NCBI RefSeq assembly: GCF_018350175.1
Contig: NC_058368.1
Span: 92,258,001-92,322,000 of the forward strand
DNA length: 64,000 nucleotides
Direction: 5' to 3'
Source: Felis catus
Lineage: Eukaryota
The notes below the pieces were generated by a model. The model did not search any database. It was not told where the DNA came from and was given only the letters and a program-made list of their open reading frames with translations. Position 1 is the first letter of the stretch, and each line of letters opens with the position of its first letter. Both the position numbers and the translations under genes were made by a program. Positions 52,128 to 64,000 of the stretch are shown here, piece after piece.

Positions 52128-53675
52128 ATGTTGTGGTAAAATATATATAATGTAAAATTTCCCTTTTAACAATTTTTTAAAGTTTATGTATTTTGAGAGA
52201 GAAAGAGAGAGGGAGAGAGTGCAAGCAGGGGAGGAGCAGAGAGAGAGGGAGAGAGAATCCCAAGCAGGCTCCATACTGCCAGCGCAGAGCCTGATGTGGG
52301 GCTTGATCTCACAAACTGTGAGATCATGATCTGAGCCGAAACCAAGAGCTGGACACTCAACCGATGGAGCCACCCAGGTGCCCCTGAACAATTAAAAAAA
52401 TTTAAAAAAAAAATTTTTTTTTAACGTTTATTGATTTTTGAGACAGAGAGAGAGCATGAACGGGGGAGGGGCAGAGAGAGGGAGACACAGAATCTGAAAC
52501 TGGCTCCAGGCTCCGAGCTGTCAGCACAGAGCCCGACATGGGGCTCGAACTCACAGACTGCGAGATCATGACCTGAGCCGAAGTTGGATGCTTAACCGAC
52601 TGAGCCACCCAGGCGCCCCCCGAAAAAAATTTTTTTTAATATTTATTTATTTTTGAGACAGAGACAGAGTGTGACCAGGAGAGGGGCAGAGAGAGAGGGA
52701 GACACAGAACTCGAAGTAGGCTCCAGGCTCTGAGCTGTCAGCACAGAGCCCGATGTGGGGCTTGAACACATGAACTGTGAGATCATGACCTGAGCCGAAG
52801 TTGGAAGCATAACTGACTGAGCCACCCAGGCGCCCCAGCCCCTGAACAATTTTTAAGTGCACAGCTCATTGGCAGTAAGCACATTCACAGTCCTGTGCAA
52901 CCATCACCACTGTCCATCTCCAGAACTTTTTCATCTTTCCAAACGGAAACTCAACTCATAGAACACTAATTTCCTATTCTTCTCTCTCCCCAGCTTCTGG
53001 CAACTTCAGTTCTTTCTGTCTCTGTGAATTTGAATATTTGAGTACCCCATCTAACATTTGTCCCTTTGTTTATGTCAGTTTATTTGTTTATGTCAGTTAC
53101 CACGACATCAAGTTTCATTTATGTTGTAGCTTGTGTCACGATTTCCTTCCTTTTCAAGGCTGAGTAATAGTCCATTGTATGAATAGCTCACTTTGTTTAT
53201 CCATCCACCTGTCGATACACATTTGGGTTATTTCCACTGTTTGGCTGTTGTCAATAATGCTACATGAACAGGGGTAAATAGCTATCCATTTAGGAGCTTA
53301 GAGGTTTAAAAATTTTTATTATTATTAATTTATTTTTTAATTAATTAAAAATTAACATTTATTTATTTTTGAGAGACAGAGAGACAGAGCATGAACAGGG
53401 GAAGGGCAGACAGCTAGGGAGACACAGAATCTAAAGCAGGCTCCAGGCTCTGAGCTGTTAGTACAGAGCCCGACATGGGGCTCAAACCCATGAACCGTGA
53501 GATCATGACCTGAGCTGAAGCTGGATGCCTAACCGACTGAGCCACCCAGGTGCCCCTGAAAATTTTTTTTTTATTTTTAAATTAAACAGGCTCTATGCCC
53601 AATGTGGGGGCCTTAGCTTGGGATCCTGAGGTCAAGAGTCACATGCTCTACTGGCTAAGCCAGCCAGATGCCTCA
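52125..53675 (-). mobile_element. Old L1M 3' end with three nested antisense SINEs (52170-52837), then two more (53320-53675)
   Basis: L1 3' motif GTGCAACCATCACCACTGTCCATCTCCAGAAC; nested TSDs. Confidence 0.85.
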
Positions 53676-54702
53676 GGAGCTTAGTGTATTTTACATTGCA
53701 AAATTACATGGTATCTACAGTTTGGGTGGCGTTGGAGCATTATTCTTATTTGGGTTAATGTTTTCATCCTTGAAGAGTCTCCCAGCTTAAGAACAAGGAG
53801 GATCTTCTCACGGGCTTGGACACAGTCTAAAACACAGAACCTATAAATTAATGCCTGTTGAAAAAATTTTTTTCTGATGACAGTGTCTTTCTCAGATTAG
53901 TCTGCTGCCGATCAGCTTTAGAGAGTGTTGGTTGGTTGGAATTTCCAAATCCTAACCAACCTTCTTGGCTTTAGCTTCCCTTGTCTTAGTGTCTTAGGAG
54001 GCAGCTCAGGGTTCTATGCCTGGGTGTGAGTGCCCGGCTTGGGTCTGCCCCCAGCCTGTGTGGGAAAGTGAGAACTCCAACTATTTTACCCCCCCGCCCC
54101 CCATCACACCCACTTTGCTGGGCCTCCCTCAGAACTAGGATGTTTTCAGGATGCACTGTAGCCACCATCATTTCTGTGCATCTTCCACATGTCGTTAGAG
54201 CAACTCATGCTGCTTCTCTTTGGTGCGCTGTATTCATTTCGCTGCCTTCAGAAGAGTGAAGCTCTTAGGCATTTGCTTCTGCCTTGCTACTGTTGTTGAT
54301 ACTGAAACTGTGGAGGTAAGTTTCTCAGCCATGAAAATCCACACCCACTGAATGCGCGATAAGTCAGACCATCAGAATCACACAAATGGGGGTAAACATG
54401 CCTCAGAAATGAAATGATACCTCAAGCAAAGTATTGCTAAATGATAAGAAGATGAGGAACACTTTCTGACATTAGTTTCATTATTCCTAGTAGTTTTATA
54501 TCAAGAGTAAAAGACTTACCTGTACCCGTTATTGCTCTAGAGAAAGGTCAACGGAAAAGCTCGTAAGTGGCATAAAGGGATAAAAGAACAGCTCTGAAGT
54601 TGAATAGGGGAACGTTTTGAAGAAAAAAAAAGGAGAAGCAGTATTTACCTAAAAGAGTCATAGAAAATATGCACGCACTTATAGCCGTTAAATATGAGTG
54701 TA

Positions 54703-55376
54703 TTTGGGTCATTTCCGGGCGGCTCAGGACAGAGTGGCCAATGCCTACAGAGCAACAGGCCTATGTTTTATGGTGACTCCTGTGACACACACCTCGTCCA
54801 TGACTCTCCATCTGTGAGAAAGACACACTGAGGTGGTAGGAAACGCAAAGAGACTGTGAAAGCCTACTGTCAGAACCGGATCTGATCAACAAAACAGCCT
54901 CAGCATTTCAACAAGGAAAGATACCTCCTACTCTGTTCTCTGCTCCTGCTCCCCCTCCTCCAGGGGCAATGATCCTGACTCCCCAAGTCTCCTGGGTCCT
55001 CCTCACCCGGGTATGATGCCAATACCCCATATGGAGGGCCCTTCCATGATGCCAACGAAAGGCCTTCCTCCCCCTGGGTAGATGCCAGTGGGACTGGCTT
55101 CTGGAATGAGGCTGCTTATTAGAGGCTGTGTGCCTCTAATGCCTGGGTCCCCCATGATGAGACCTCCCACCCGTCCCCTGATGGTGCTCAGAAATGACTA
55201 GACCAGACAGATAAGGAGAGATGGGAACCTCTTTATCTCCATATTACATTACGTGTCCTACCTCACCTGGAGATCCCAGTGCTGTGACTTACGGTGTTTT
55301 CTAACAATATGACAAGGAAGACTTACTCCCCCTTCTGATCGAAGAGAGAATAGTTTTGGCAGGGGAGTAGTGGGAC

Positions 55377-55414
<38 letters not shown>

Positions 55415-55484
55415 CAACTTTCATTTGTATTGTGAAATGTGAAAATAAAACTGTCCACTGTTTTAGTTAGAAAAAAAGTTAAGA
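54703..55484 (+). pseudogene. SNRPC: Processed pseudogene of U1 snRNP protein C (SNRPC)
   Basis: Intronless; translation resembles U1C ([22 protein letters not shown], Pro/Met-rich tail ending MTRPDR* at 55214); start ATG>AGG at 54757; in-frame TGA at 54829; AATAAA at 55444; A tail; TSD AAA(T/G)ATGAGTGTA at 54690-54702 and 55485-55497. Confidence 0.93.
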
Positions 55485-56364
55485 AAAGATGAGTGTAACT
55501 AGAGTGGTATTCTTAAAAATATTTGTGTTTTTCTTTTTTATCTTTTTCCATGTATTTTTCCTCTATGCCCTGAGGGATTCATACGGCTGAGGTGAGGTAT
55601 TCATAAGGGGTTGTTACAGTAGGAGTATAAAGAGCATAAAGAATTAACATTCAATTTTTGCCGTTGAAGACAGAATTTTGCAGGAATTTTGCAACAACAG
55701 ACTTTGTTGAGGAAGAGACAGTTTTCTCACATTTTAAGCATATCAAGAACCAAACAGAGAGAACTTGGATCAGAGTATCAGAGTTTCTTCCATAAAGGTA
55801 AATAAACACCCCCATCTACCTATGAATCCATGAGACTTGCTGCCCTAAGGATGGAATGAAATCCTATTTCCTGAGGGATTATGGGATAAGGAAGGACAAG
55901 AGAGGCAGAGTATGTAGGGAGTGAGAGACATCTCAACCTCTCCTCTCTGGCCTAAACTATTTAAATAATATGAAGGGAATGCCAAGGGCAGGGAGCTGCA
56001 TCCTTGACTGATATATTGTTCTTGAGGGTTGGGGATTATTTGCAATTTCCCCCCTAATTTGTGACAGAAACCACATCCAATTAAACTCAGTGACCCACTG
56101 TTGTTAGGCATAAAAGAGGGACCTAAGCATAGCTTTCCCACTCACCTTTGTTTAGTGGAGGGTCTAGAGAAGACATAGAAGGCTCCCAAATCTCTAGGAA
56201 GTACATGAAATTTTGCTGAGACTCTAATTTTGCTTAGAGTCTTCCTCTAAGAGGAAGTTGCTCTAGATTGGGGTGGAGGTTGGGGGGGCCAGGGCGGCGG
56301 ATGTCACCATGTAGCTGAAGGCTGCGAGGCAGAGCCCCTGGGCCAGGATCACACAGGAGACATT

Positions 56365-57161
56365 TGTTGGGGAGGGAAAATTTTTCCCTGCCCTTCCAAA
56401 TTCTTCTGGCTTGTCTAAGAATCAAACTGATGTTAAATGAACAGGAGAAAGTCAAATTTAATTTTGTGTTTTTTTTTTTTTTTTTAAAGAATGGACTCTT
56501 TTTTTTTTAATTTTTTTTTTTCAACGTTTATTTATTTTTGGGACAGAGAGAGACAGCATGAACAGGCGAGGGGCAGAGAGAGAGGGAGACACAGAATCGG
56601 AAACAGGCTCCAGGCTCTGAGCCATCAGCCCAGTGCCCCACGCGGGGCTCGAACTCACGGACCGCGAGATCGTGACCTGGCTGAAGTCGGACGCTTAACC
56701 GACTGCGCCACCCAGGCGCCCTTAATTTTGTGTTTATGGGGAATGCACATAAGCCTGAGATTCCAAAGACAGGGAAACAAAATGAGGTATATGTGTCATC
56801 CTGAACTAAGGAGAAGAGACTTCAGGGGAAGGGAATGCAATTCACAAGAAGATGAAAGGAGTAAATGTTTGGTAGACAGTGTTTGTTGGGCTGCTCAGAA
56901 ACAATGGGACCAAGAGAGGACTTTGGTCAAACAAGTCTTGCTAGGTTCTTCCCTGTCTACCACATTTAGTTCATATAATATAGTGATCTATGGTGATAGC
57001 TCTCTTCCTGGAGCAGGTCCTCTATCCCTAAATTCTTTTAGGTGGTTAAGGGGAAGGTCAAAGTTTCTTCCAGAGCCTTTTGCGCCTTGATGGCTTTTAG
57101 CTTTAAATAATTGGCATGCCAAAGTGACGCATCTAGGGGTGACTTACCCCTGGCCCCTACA
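56365..57161 (-). mobile_element. ERV1-like (MER34/carnivore LTR-type) LTR with a nested young SINE
   Basis: TG...CA ends; AAATAATTGGCATGCCAAAGTG..CCCCTACA terminus; no clean TSD. Confidence 0.6.
56472..56721 (-). mobile_element. Young SINEC_Fc-type SINE with a bipartite tail
   Basis: TSD TTAATTTTGTGTTT at 56458-56471 and 56722-56735. Confidence 0.93.
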
Positions 57162-57293
57162 CACACAACATGTCCAAGAACCAAATTAACCAGTGAGTGC
57201 TGCTAGGCCCAGAGCAAGCCAAAGAGACCAAACCACAAGTTATACGAAGCACCGTAATTATAAATGTGAATTTGTGCTATAAATGTAGGCATA

Positions 57294-57462
57294 GGGGGCT
57301 CCTGGATGGCTCAGTTGGTTAAGCATCAGACTCTTGGTTTTGGCTCAGGTCATGATCTCACAGTTCATGGGTTTGAGCCCCATGTCAGGCTCTGCACTGA
57401 CAGTGTGGAGCCTGGCTGGGATGGATTCTCTCTCTCTCTCTCTCTCTCTCTGCCTTCTCTTC

Positions 57463-57500
<38 letters not shown>
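57294..57500 (+). mobile_element. Can-SINE with long A tail
   Basis: Head, (CT)n and an A run of over 30; approximate TSD TAAATGTA(G/A)G(C/T)ATAG. Confidence 0.88.
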
Positions 57501-57501
<1 letters not shown>

Positions 57502-58863
57502 AGAAGAAATAAATGTAAGTATAGAGAGAAGTGACCAGTCCAAATAGGGTGGTTGATGTAGAGATCAGAAAAGCAAAAGGACACCACCTAGACCATAGAT
57601 CCCTTTCTCCACTGCTGTGAGTGAGTATCCCATCTGAAGGCATGTGGGAAGATGGGGGAATTTCTGAAAGCCTGGCATTATCCCAACCTGGGAGTCCCAA
57701 GCAGAAATCTAGCTGTGTCTCCTGAATGATCCTGGCCGCGGGCTCTGCCTTGCAGTCCTGAAGAGATGTTACCTCAAGAGATACCTCAAAATCTCAGACA
57801 GATGGCTGGATTGCACTAAAACGTAAATATTTTCCCTCTGCTACTACTGGCTGGTGGGTGCTTGTGGGCACAATAAGAAGAATGATAGGCAAGATTTAAA
57901 AAAGTGTCCATTTTCTCCACCCATCTGAGTGAAGGGTGAGAAATTTACAGCTCCAAGAAATCAATAACACACTTAAAAAACCCAGACCATATAATGTGCC
58001 AAATGATAGCCCTAACGTTGAGGGCAAGAGATGCCTTGTGACATTTCAAATTCTAGACATGTGTTGAGAAAATGGTATAAATGCAGGGGGTTGATTCTGA
58101 CGGGTACCTTACCAGGTAGGGAATAACAACTACTATTCCTAAGGCTGTGGGGGTAGAGGGGAGAGCATGCCACCTCCATTCCCTGCACTGGAGGGCTTGG
58201 GCGAGTTGCTGGACTCCTTAGTATCTTCACCTGAAGACAAAAGGATCCAACACCTCCCTCGGATGGTTTTAAGGTGTACAAACAGTTTAGTAAGTGCTCA
58301 CAAATATTCACTGTCATTAAAAAAGGTGAACCTTCTACTGCCTTGTATGAGGTCATAAACTGGAGAGAACTGCCTGGGAGGGGCTTCTTTGTGTGTGTAG
58401 GGGTGCATGGTGAGTGTCCTGTGGGGGTCTGGGTACTTGGCAGTATTTCATTCTGAATCTGTGCATTGTTCAGTAGATGGTGAATCACCGTTTCATCTGG
58501 TCAGGAAAGAGCAGAAAAAGACAATGATATCAATGAGTCAACAAGAATCCCGTTGTGTTTGATCATATTAAATGCAGCTTTTGGAGGTCAGAATAAGATC
58601 ATGACACATAATAAACCGGTTACAGATTAGCTTAGTATCTATGTTTTTAATGTCACAGTAGAGACCATCTCACGACTAGGTATAATGGCCTCCAATATCT
58701 AAGTGTTCCCTGTAAGTTGCTTTCCCTTTCTTATCCATGAATTTATCTGAATCTTTGAAAAAAAAAATCTGTTGGCATGATCCCTCTTTTAAAAAAAAAT
58801 CATTTATTTATTTATTTTCCATTGTAATTAACCATGTTATCTTAGTTTCGGGGATGTACAATG

Positions 58864-58972
58864 AAAATGTGGGATGCTTCATGAATTTATGTACTATCCT
58901 TGCACAGAGGCCATGCTAATCTTCTGTGTTTCATCGTTCCAATTTTAGATTATGTGCTGCCGAAGTGAGCAC
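58864..58972 (-). pseudogene. RNU6: Full-length U6 snRNA retropseudogene, fused to an L1 3' fragment
   Basis: Reverse complement reads GTGCTCACTTCGGCAGCACATA..AAAATTGGAACGAT..GAAGATTAGCATGGCC..ATTTT, with many substitutions and a disrupted ACAGAGA box. Confidence 0.92.
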
Positions 58973-59359
58973 ACTGGCATGATCTCTTCAACGTAATGGG
59001 CTCCCTTGGTTTTTGCCCACAGTTTTTCTGTTAAGAAGAAAAAGTCCTCTTATTTGTAATAAAACCACCTCTCCCAAGCACAAGCATTTTTCTTTGTTAT
59101 TTTATCAGACAAAAGAAATTAGGGAAAACATATTTTTATTTCCATGATGCATATTCATCTTTATATTGAGATCATTTGAAAGTGACCTGGCAAATGAAAT
59201 CGACTATTTACAGAGGCACAGAAGATACTGTTCTCTCTACTCCAGGAAAAAAAAACCAAGATGATTAAAAAAAAATCTTTTTTCTTTAACATTATTCAGT
59301 TTTTTTTTATTACTGATGCATGTTTATTGCATCAAAAAATCAATGCAGTATTTAGATTG

Positions 59360-59772
59360 GTTTTTACAACGTTATTCAGTTTTGAGAGACAGAGAGCATG
59401 AGGGGGAGGGGAAGAGAGTGAGGGGAGACACAGAATCTGAAGCAGGCTCTAGGCTCTGAGCTGTCAGCGCAGAGCCTGATGCGGGGCTCAGACTCATGAA
59501 CTGTGAGATCATGACCTGAGCCCAAGTCAGATGCTTAACTGACTGAGTCACCCAGGTGCCCCGATGATTTTTTTTTAAGTTTATGTATTCTGAGAGGGAA
59601 AGAGAGTGAAAGCAGAGAAGGAGCAGAGAGAGAGGGAGAGAGAGAATCCCAAGCACTCCACACTGTCAGCACAGAGCCTGATGCAGGGCTCGAACTCATG
59701 AACTGTGAGATCATGACCTGAGTGGAGATCAAGAGTCAGACATTTAACCGACTGAGCCATCCATGTGCCCCC
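59360..59772 (-). mobile_element. Two tandem antisense Can-SINEs
   Basis: Heads end at ~59562 and ~59772. Confidence 0.88.
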
Positions 59773-60267
59773 CAAAACAAGATGATTTCTTAAAATGGCT
59801 GCAGGCTGTCTCTCTCTGTGAAACCTAAAGCCCTCTCCCAAGAGCTAAAGTTTGGGAATTGTTGGGGACAAAATTTCCCAGCAAGACTTCTCTGCTTTTC
59901 TGAGGTGTGGTTAAGCACAGCACCTAATATGGATATTCTGGTCCTTACTTCTCATTGGAGAATTAAGGAAACAAGCTCTAGATGACTAGTCAATTTTAAT
60001 TGAGTGGTTGTACACTCAGCATACTTCCTGGGAAGAAGGAAAGAAAGAAAAAGAAAAACAAACAATATTGTGAGACAATTCTTCCCGCGTCTCTTGTGTT
60101 TTTGCCTGTCTTGTGAACAGAGGCACTGAGTGACTTTGCTTCGGGCTATCTTTTCAATGATGTGTGTATAGCAAACAGCCTTGGAAGACAGAGACAACGT
60201 CTCCCTCTGGAACACAGCGCAGGCATGCATACTGTCCTTGTAAAAGGCTGGGTTCCTGCAACACACC

Positions 60268-60697
60268 TGTTAACCCGAAAGTAAAGAGGCACAATGAGAG
60301 GCAAATGTGCTTTTATTTGGGTTAAAAGAATTGCAGTTCAGGGAGTACAGATTCAGGTAGGAATCCAAATAGTGTCCCGCTTGTAGGGTGAATGCAAGAG
60401 GTTTTTATGAGGAAAAGTAGGGAGCTACCTGAGGTGAAGAAAAGAAAGAAAAAACTTTCTAGGGGTGTGTGTGATAATGGCTAGGTTACTCTGGGTTATA
60501 CATTGACTGACTACTGAGTCTGTCCTCAGAAAATCTCTTACTATCAGTCTTGTGATCAGGATTTCCTTTCTTCCACTGCCTTTCCCAGTAATTGCTTGAA
60601 ACAACTGACCTGTTGCCCAGTCCAAAGGTGGAGAAGGCAGTTTCTCTGCAGTACCTGCTCCATTTTAAAATGGCTCCAGTCATGTCAATTTTTCACA
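60268..60697 (-). mobile_element. Probable older solo LTR (~430 bp)
   Basis: TG...CA ends; near-TSD CACC/CACT; TTTATT (minus-strand AATAAA) at ~60312. Confidence 0.55.
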
Positions 60698-60809
60698 CAC
60701 TCCCCCGTGTGCAGGTGGGTGTCCCCTGAATCTATCTGCATTGCCCTTTGGGAAGTGGGGCTCAGAGAATTGATGCAAAAAATGCAAATATTCTGGCAAC
60801 TGCCATTGC

Positions 60810-61667
60810 TGTGAGTGACCAGGTGTTTTGACTCTGACCTGGGAGTTTTGCATCCTCTGGTTTAGTCTGCATTGTTGAATAGTGATCTCGGTTCTTCGAT
60901 TCCCCATGAAGGATTTATGTGAGGACTAGCACTCAAATAAAGCTAGCCAGAAGGAAGGAAGTGAGCACAAAGCAGTTTATTAAGGAGAGTACGCTCTCAA
61001 GGAGGGAGAGTGGACAGGCACAGAGGTGTCAACTGCTCTGGGTTAGGGGTGTCTTTTCTTTTTATGTTTGCATAGATTATGGGTCGTGGTGACTGAGGTT
61101 GCTTCATCAGAAGGACTCCTCCTACAAGCTGGAAGGGGGAGTTTTTAGCCCACAAGATTCTTACCAGAACTGTCATGGCCGTCTTTCCCCAGGAGGGGAT
61201 TGAAACCACAATGCAAATGTATCCCAGTGAAGCTATAGGTTACCCTGGGGCAGAGGTTGAAGAGGAGACCTTGCATTCTGTACCTGTGGACTCTGGGAGC
61301 TGGAAACTGTAAAGCCAGGATGTTAAAAGCCTCGAAGTGAGGATGTTGTGCCCTTCTAATGTGTCTTCTAATGTGTCACCTATTTGTCACCGTCTTTGCC
61401 TCTGGCTCTTGTCTGACTGCCCACTCAGTCACTCGGTCAAGGATCCGTAATGGTGGCCAACTGAGAGTGGATCTTCCAAGGGAAGCTGAGTGCAGTTACC
61501 TGAAAAGGAAGGAGTGGATGCAAGACAAAGAATGACCTGAACGTCTGCCCCCTGAGACGTATAGTTCTGTGTCTGTGGTCCTTCTCTCCTACTGATTTTC
61601 TTGCTTAGTGGCTCTTCTGATCCTAATGTTAGTTTTCCCTCATAGCCAAGCAAATCTTTCTCACTCA
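60810..61667 (-). mobile_element. Probable LTR, family uncertain
   Basis: TGTGAGTG...CACTCA inverted ends; AGTTTATTAAGG...ACGCTCTCAAGG motif typical of antisense LTRs. Confidence 0.4.
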
Positions 61668-61734
61668 GGAGTGCCTTTGGACCTCTTGGTATCTCACTTC
61701 TGGAAAAATGTACTGTATGGAAAAATGCACTTAA

Positions 61735-62280
61735 GGGCATCTGGATGGCTTAGTTGGTTAAGTGTCCAACTCTTAATTTTGGCTCAGGTCATGATCTTAT
61801 GGTTGGTGAGATCGAGCCCTGAATTGGACTCTGTGCTGAAAGTGCGGAGCCTGATTAGGATTCTCTCTCTCCCTCTCTTTCTCTACCCCTCTGCTGCTCT
61901 CTCTCTCTCTCAAAATAAGTAAATAAACATTTTAAAAATTTTATAACAAAATAAAGTAGGCACTCAATAAATTATGGCTATTGATGACTTTGATCTGAGT
62001 TCCCTTGTATCCTATGGCTATATGACTTTGGAAGACAGAGAATAGTATTTTGGATTTATTAAAGTCTTTTTTTAAATGTTTATTTATTTTTGAGAGAGAG
62101 AGAGAGACGGAGTGTGAGAAGAGGAGGGTCAGAGAGAGAGGGAGATGCTGAATCTGAAGCAGTCTCCAGGCTCCGACCTGTCAGCACAGAGCCTAAAGCA
62201 GGGCTTGAACTCATGAACTATGACATCATGACCTGAACTGAAGTCGGACGCTTAACTGACTGAGCCCCCCCAGGTGCCCC
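61735..62280. mobile_element. Two Can-SINEs (+ 61735-61930; - 62066-62280)
   Basis: SINE bodies; the second has TSD GGATTTATTAAAGTCTT. Confidence 0.88.
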
Positions 62281-62439
62281 AAGGATTTATTAAAGTCTTC
62301 AGCAAATATTAAAATATGATGTAAAAGTGATATTAATCTAGTAAATATGTGTTAAAATGAACAGTTAAGGAATAGCTTGTTACTGGTGTCAAACTTCTTG
62401 TGTGGGGAAATCACTTAGTAATATAAAATAGATATAAAG

Positions 62440-63612
62440 TAACACCAGCATTCTTCACAGAACTAGAACAAATAATCCTAAAATTTGTATGGAACCAGAA
62501 AAGACCCCGAATAGCTAAAGCAATATTGAAAAAGAAAACCAAAGCAGGAGGCATCACAATCCCAGACTTCAAGCTCTACTACAAAGCTGTAATCATCAAG
62601 ACAGTATGGTACTGGCACAAGAACAGACACTCAGATCAATGGAACAGAATAGAGAACCCAGAAATGGACCCACAAACGTATGGCCAACTAATCTTTGACA
62701 AAGCAGGAAAGAATATTCAATGGAATAAAGACGGTCTCTTCAGCAAATGGTGCTGGGAAAATGACATCCACATGCAGAAAAATGAACCTAGACCACTTTC
62801 TTACACTATACACAAAAATAAACTCAAAATGGATGAAAGACCTCAATGTAAGACAGGAAGCCATCAACATCCTTGAGGAGAAAGCAGGCAGAAACCTCTT
62901 TGACCTTGGCCTCACAACTTCTTACTCAACATGTCTCTGGAGGCAAGGGAAACCAAAGCAAAAATGAACTACTGGGTCCTCATCAAAATAAAAAGCTTCT
63001 GCATAGTGAAGGAAACAGTCAGCAAAATGAAAAGGCAACCGACAGAATGGGAGATGATATTTGCAAATGACATATCAGATAAAGGGTTAGTATCCAAAAT
63101 CTATAAAGAACTTATCAAACCCAACACCCACAAAACAAATAATCCAGTGAAGAAATGGGCAAAAGACATGAACAGACACTTCTCCAAAGAAGACATCCAG
63201 ATGGCAAACCAACACATGAAAAAATCCTCCATGTCACTCATCATCAGGGAAATACAAATCAAAACCACCACGAAATACCACCTCACACCTGTCAGAATAG
63301 CTAACATTAGCCATTCAGGCCACAACAGATGTTGGTGAGGATGCAGAGAAAGAGGATCTCTTTTGCATTGCTGGTGGGAATGCAAACTGGTGCAGCCACT
63401 CTGGAAAACAGTATGGAGGTTCCTCAAAAAACTAAAAACAGAACTACCCTATGACCCAGCAATTGCACTACTAGGTATTTATCCAAGGGATATAAGTGTG
63501 CTGTTTCGAAGGGACACATGCACCCCAATGTTTACAGCAGCACTATCAACAATAGCCAAAGTATGGTAAGAGCCCAAATATCCATTTATGGATGAATGGA
63601 TAAAGAAGATGT

Positions 63613-63647
<35 letters not shown>

Positions 63648-64000
63648 ATCCAATGGAGTATTACTCGGCAATCAAAAAGAATGAATGCTTGCCATTTGCA
63701 ATTACATGGATGGAACTAGAGTGTATTATGCTAAGTGAAAGTAGTCAGTCAGAGAAAGACAAATATCATATGACTTCAGTCATAGGAGGACTTTAAGAGA
63801 CAAAACAGATGAACATAAGGGAAGGGAAGCAAAAATAATATAAAAACAGGGAGGAGGACAAAGCATAAGAGACTCTTAAATATGGAGAACAAACAGGGTT
63901 ACTGGAGGGGTTGTGGGAGCGGGGATGGGCTAAATGGGTAAGGGGCACTAAGGAATCTACTCCTGAAATCATTGTTTCACTATATGCTAACTAATTTGGA
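62440..64000 (+). mobile_element. 5'-truncated felid/carnivore L1 (ORF2 3' part and 3' UTR) running off the window
   Basis: ORFs 62526..63796 give frameshifted ORF2 segments ([28 protein letters not shown]); (TA)n at ~63616-63645. Confidence 0.93.

Noticed and set aside
58864..58972. Functional U6 gene
   Set aside because: Many substitutions, disrupted ACAGAGA box, no evident upstream TATA/PSE, and retroposition hallmarks
1..64000. CRISPR arrays, operons or other prokaryote-type systems
   Set aside because: Eukaryotic locus; the repeated units are dispersed retroposons, not repeat-spacer arrays

Overview
Mammalian genomic DNA, almost certainly from a felid (dense tRNA-derived Can-SINEs, including young SINEC_Fc-type copies, and felid-type L1). 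The species cannot be fixed from this window. Positions 1-~23,000 hold the 3' end of YTHDC2 on the + strand: six coding exons with GT-AG boundaries and consistent phases encoding the C-terminus and YTH domain (stop at 21067-21069), a probable 100-nt intron just after the stop, and an ~1.8-kb 3' UTR. Positions ~23,000-64,000 are intergenic and repeat-rich: old and young L1s, L2s, about 50 Can-SINEs window-wide, Tigger/Charlie DNA transposons, several LTRs (one young solo LTR with a 4-bp TSD), a processed SNRPC (U1C) pseudogene, a U6 pseudogene, a strong CTCF-like motif and a long pyrimidine tract. Nearly all ORF-track entries are repeat or low-complexity artefacts. I find no evidence of a wholly new biological system. 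The best signals are retrotransposition and repair footprints (U6/L1 chimera, L1 3' transduction, SINE with captured 3' flank, templated palindromic insertion) and a GC3-rich YTH exon. Repeat family names come from recalled consensus similarity, not a database search, and repeat ends without TSDs are approximate.
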